NCBI GenBank assembly: GCA_965644295.1 | Contig: CBFFRP010000480.1 | Location: forward strand, 1 to 8,395 | Length of the DNA: 8,395 nucleotides | Origin: Paraphysomonas bandaiensis | Lineage: Eukaryota; Protista; Chrysophyceae | Reading direction: 5' to 3' | In this document: positions 7,428-8,395 of the stretch, one piece after another | Numbering within the stretch: position 1 is the first letter of the stretch | Layout: each line of letters begins with the position of its first letter | Position numbers and translations under genes: made by a program | The notes under the pieces: generated by a model | Seen by the model: only the letters and a program-made list of their open reading frames with translations | Database searches by the model: none | What the model was told of the DNA's origin: nothing

Positions 7428-7718
7428 TTAATTTCCAATAACTTTATCAGCGTTCAAATGTTTCAAAGCGTCTGTACTATGTGATTTAAAAGGGTTATTT
7501 GTTTTAGCATTAAATACTTTAGTTTTATTTTTTTTATTATTATTAAAATAATTTAATGATGATACAGGGTCATTACTTGTTTTAATGTCTGTTTGATTTG
7601 ATTGATTTTTTTTTAACATTTCAAAAGGTGATATTGCCTTATTAAATGTAATAACGTTTTTGGAATTCTTCCCTACTTCTTCTGTAGTTGAAGTGTAAAC
7701 TTCGCTTCCGTAGTTTTC
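7428..7718 (-). pseudogene. 5'-truncated viral-type CDS (C-terminal 96 aa)
   Basis: The listed 63-aa ORF stays open for 33 more codons upstream (ENYGSEVYTSTTEEVGKNSKNVITFNKAISPFE-M) to a stop at 7719-7721, where the composition changes. There is no TATATA leader at the internal ATG. Confidence 0.6.
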
Positions 7719-8019
7719 CTATCACATACGCACTACGTATTATGAATGAATGGATAGTATGTCACATGCATGCATATCCATTCATTGTCATCACACATTG
7801 ACATGTTTACATCAGTTGTCCTTAATATATAATATACCTTTTCTCCTCTAAAGTACTTCATACTTTAACTTGGTAGCAGATGGTTACGATAACCAACCTT
7901 ATTTATTTGTTTGTTCGCCTCCACATCACTGGTGGAATGACGGCATCAACATATGAAACAAGCCTGTCATCTGTACACAGACGAAATACACGATGTGCTT
8001 CCTTTGAACTCTGCTGTTT

Positions 8020-8140
8020 CTCGAAAACTCGAAAATCCGGGGGTTTTTGGAATCAATTTCCGGAAAATATGTACCTTTTTGTTCAAACTCGGAAAATCGT
8101 TTTTTTAAAGAGAATATTTCCGGAGAATATGCATTTTTTT
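8020..8140. repeat. Imperfect short duplications
   Basis: AACTC(G)GAAAATC occurs twice and TTTCCGGA(A/G)AATATG...TTTTT occurs twice, about 60 bp apart. Confidence 0.55.
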
Positions 8141-8395
8141 TGGGCACTGAAAACAAATCGACAGTCTGTCTGTTCCTTGTTTGTGTTCCTGCAGTGTGTA
8201 TTATATGACTTTAAGGAGATGACAGTGTATACACTAATGCACATGTCCATTCCAGCCAGTCTGATTTTGATGACTTGTCTCCACCATGTGTGCTGATTTT
8301 GACACCTTGAGACGCTTTGTCCGGTGATACACCAGGAGTGGTTAGACTTCATGTTGATGGCTGTGAATATTCTTTCGATGACTACTATTCGCCTT

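Larger units (their letters stand above)
4529..7720. mobile_element. Endogenous dsDNA virus-like fragment (Polinton-like virus, virophage or giant virus-like)
   Basis: Sharp shift to AT-rich DNA, compact uninterrupted ORFs on both strands, a fibre-like gene, TATATA-rich leaders with no Shine-Dalgarno, and a truncated ORF at the right edge. No hallmark capsid, ATPase or polymerase gene is in the window. Confidence 0.65.

Noticed and set aside
7880-8352. ORFs 7880-8296, 7926-8156 and 8083-8352
   Set aside because: Mutually overlapping, run through a repeat patch, and have no recognisable motifs.

Overview
A eukaryotic-looking mosaic window with three blocks. (1) 1-4528 is LTR-retrotransposon-derived DNA containing a 1552-bp direct repeat (10-1561 = 2977-4528, 10 substitutions seen). 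It reads as a chain of LTR-like segments of different lengths (about 1555 bp, 307 bp, a 20-bp palindromic remnant, then the long one again). Each segment is preceded by a polypurine tract ending GGGYAR|TGTA, and the complete ones are followed by a PBS-like sequence. No RT, RNase H or integrase is visible. (2) 4529-~7720 is a very AT-rich, gene-dense segment without apparent introns that resembles a dsDNA virus (Polinton-like virus, virophage or giant virus type). It cuts the second long LTR, opens with a cluster of stem-loops, and encodes a 426-aa fibre-like protein, an unlisted 55-aa CxxC...HxxC protein, a protein with FNIP-like repeats and two hypotheticals, one 5'-truncated at the right junction. 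It also carries a perfect 4x45-bp tandem array and shared promoter-like motifs. (3) ~7720-8395 is host-like non-coding DNA. Family assignments come from motif recall, not database searches.
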